Below are positions 63,901 to 64,000 of a stretch of 64,000 nt of DNA, piece after piece. Source of the stretch: Balanoglossus misakiensis (Eukaryota; Animalia; Hemichordata); assembly GCA_040954595.2 (NCBI GenBank), contig CM082583.2, forward strand, positions 10,553,656 to 10,617,655. The letters run 5' to 3'. The position numbers and the translations under genes are program-made. A model generated the notes under the pieces. That model was not told the DNA's origin. It was given only the letters and a program-made list of their open reading frames with translations, and ran no database searches. The number at the start of each line of letters is the position of its first letter. The stretch's first letter is position 1.

Positions 63901-64000
63901 ATGGCTCTAAACATTATTGCTATTGTTTTGTGATGCTATTTTGTTTTTAATCAATAAATGTCTGATTCTGTTATCTGAAATTTATTCAGTGAATACTGAA

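Noticed and set aside
1-64000. CRISPR arrays, tRNA/rRNA genes, hammerhead ribozymes, and autonomous transposase or RT genes
   Set aside because: No repeat-spacer array, cloverleaf, rRNA motif or long pol/transposase ORF was seen. The CTGATGA occurrences I inspected lack the GAAA core and stems.

Overview
AT-rich, intron-containing animal genomic DNA. The gene families and repeat types suggest an invertebrate deuterostome; the taxon is inferred, not determinable here. Four protein-coding genes were reconstructed by hand from GT-AG junctions with consistent phases. (1) The 3' part of a THSD4/ADAMTSL6 (ADAMTSL4/6)-type extracellular matrix gene on + (1-21970), encoding the Cys-rich region, spacer, a ~270-aa Gly/Tyr/Pro/Asn/Ser/Gln low-complexity insert, 6 TSR1 and PLAC. 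(2) A 10-exon DEG/ENaC channel on + (26242-30018). (3) An intronless somatostatin/allatostatin-C-like class A GPCR on + (38361-39431). (4) A 7-exon alpha-arrestin (ARRDC) on - (57211-60480). Several MITEs and microsatellites are present. The most notable observation is that the 14.75-kb THSD4 intron (GQCK|QVGCDG) contains two separate short ORFs. Each reads ATG, signal peptide, phase-0 splice donor, and each has core-promoter motifs upstream. They are candidate alternative promoters and first exons producing N-terminally truncated secreted isoforms, reminiscent of vertebrate ADAMTSL6-beta. All calls are by eye and no database searches were run.
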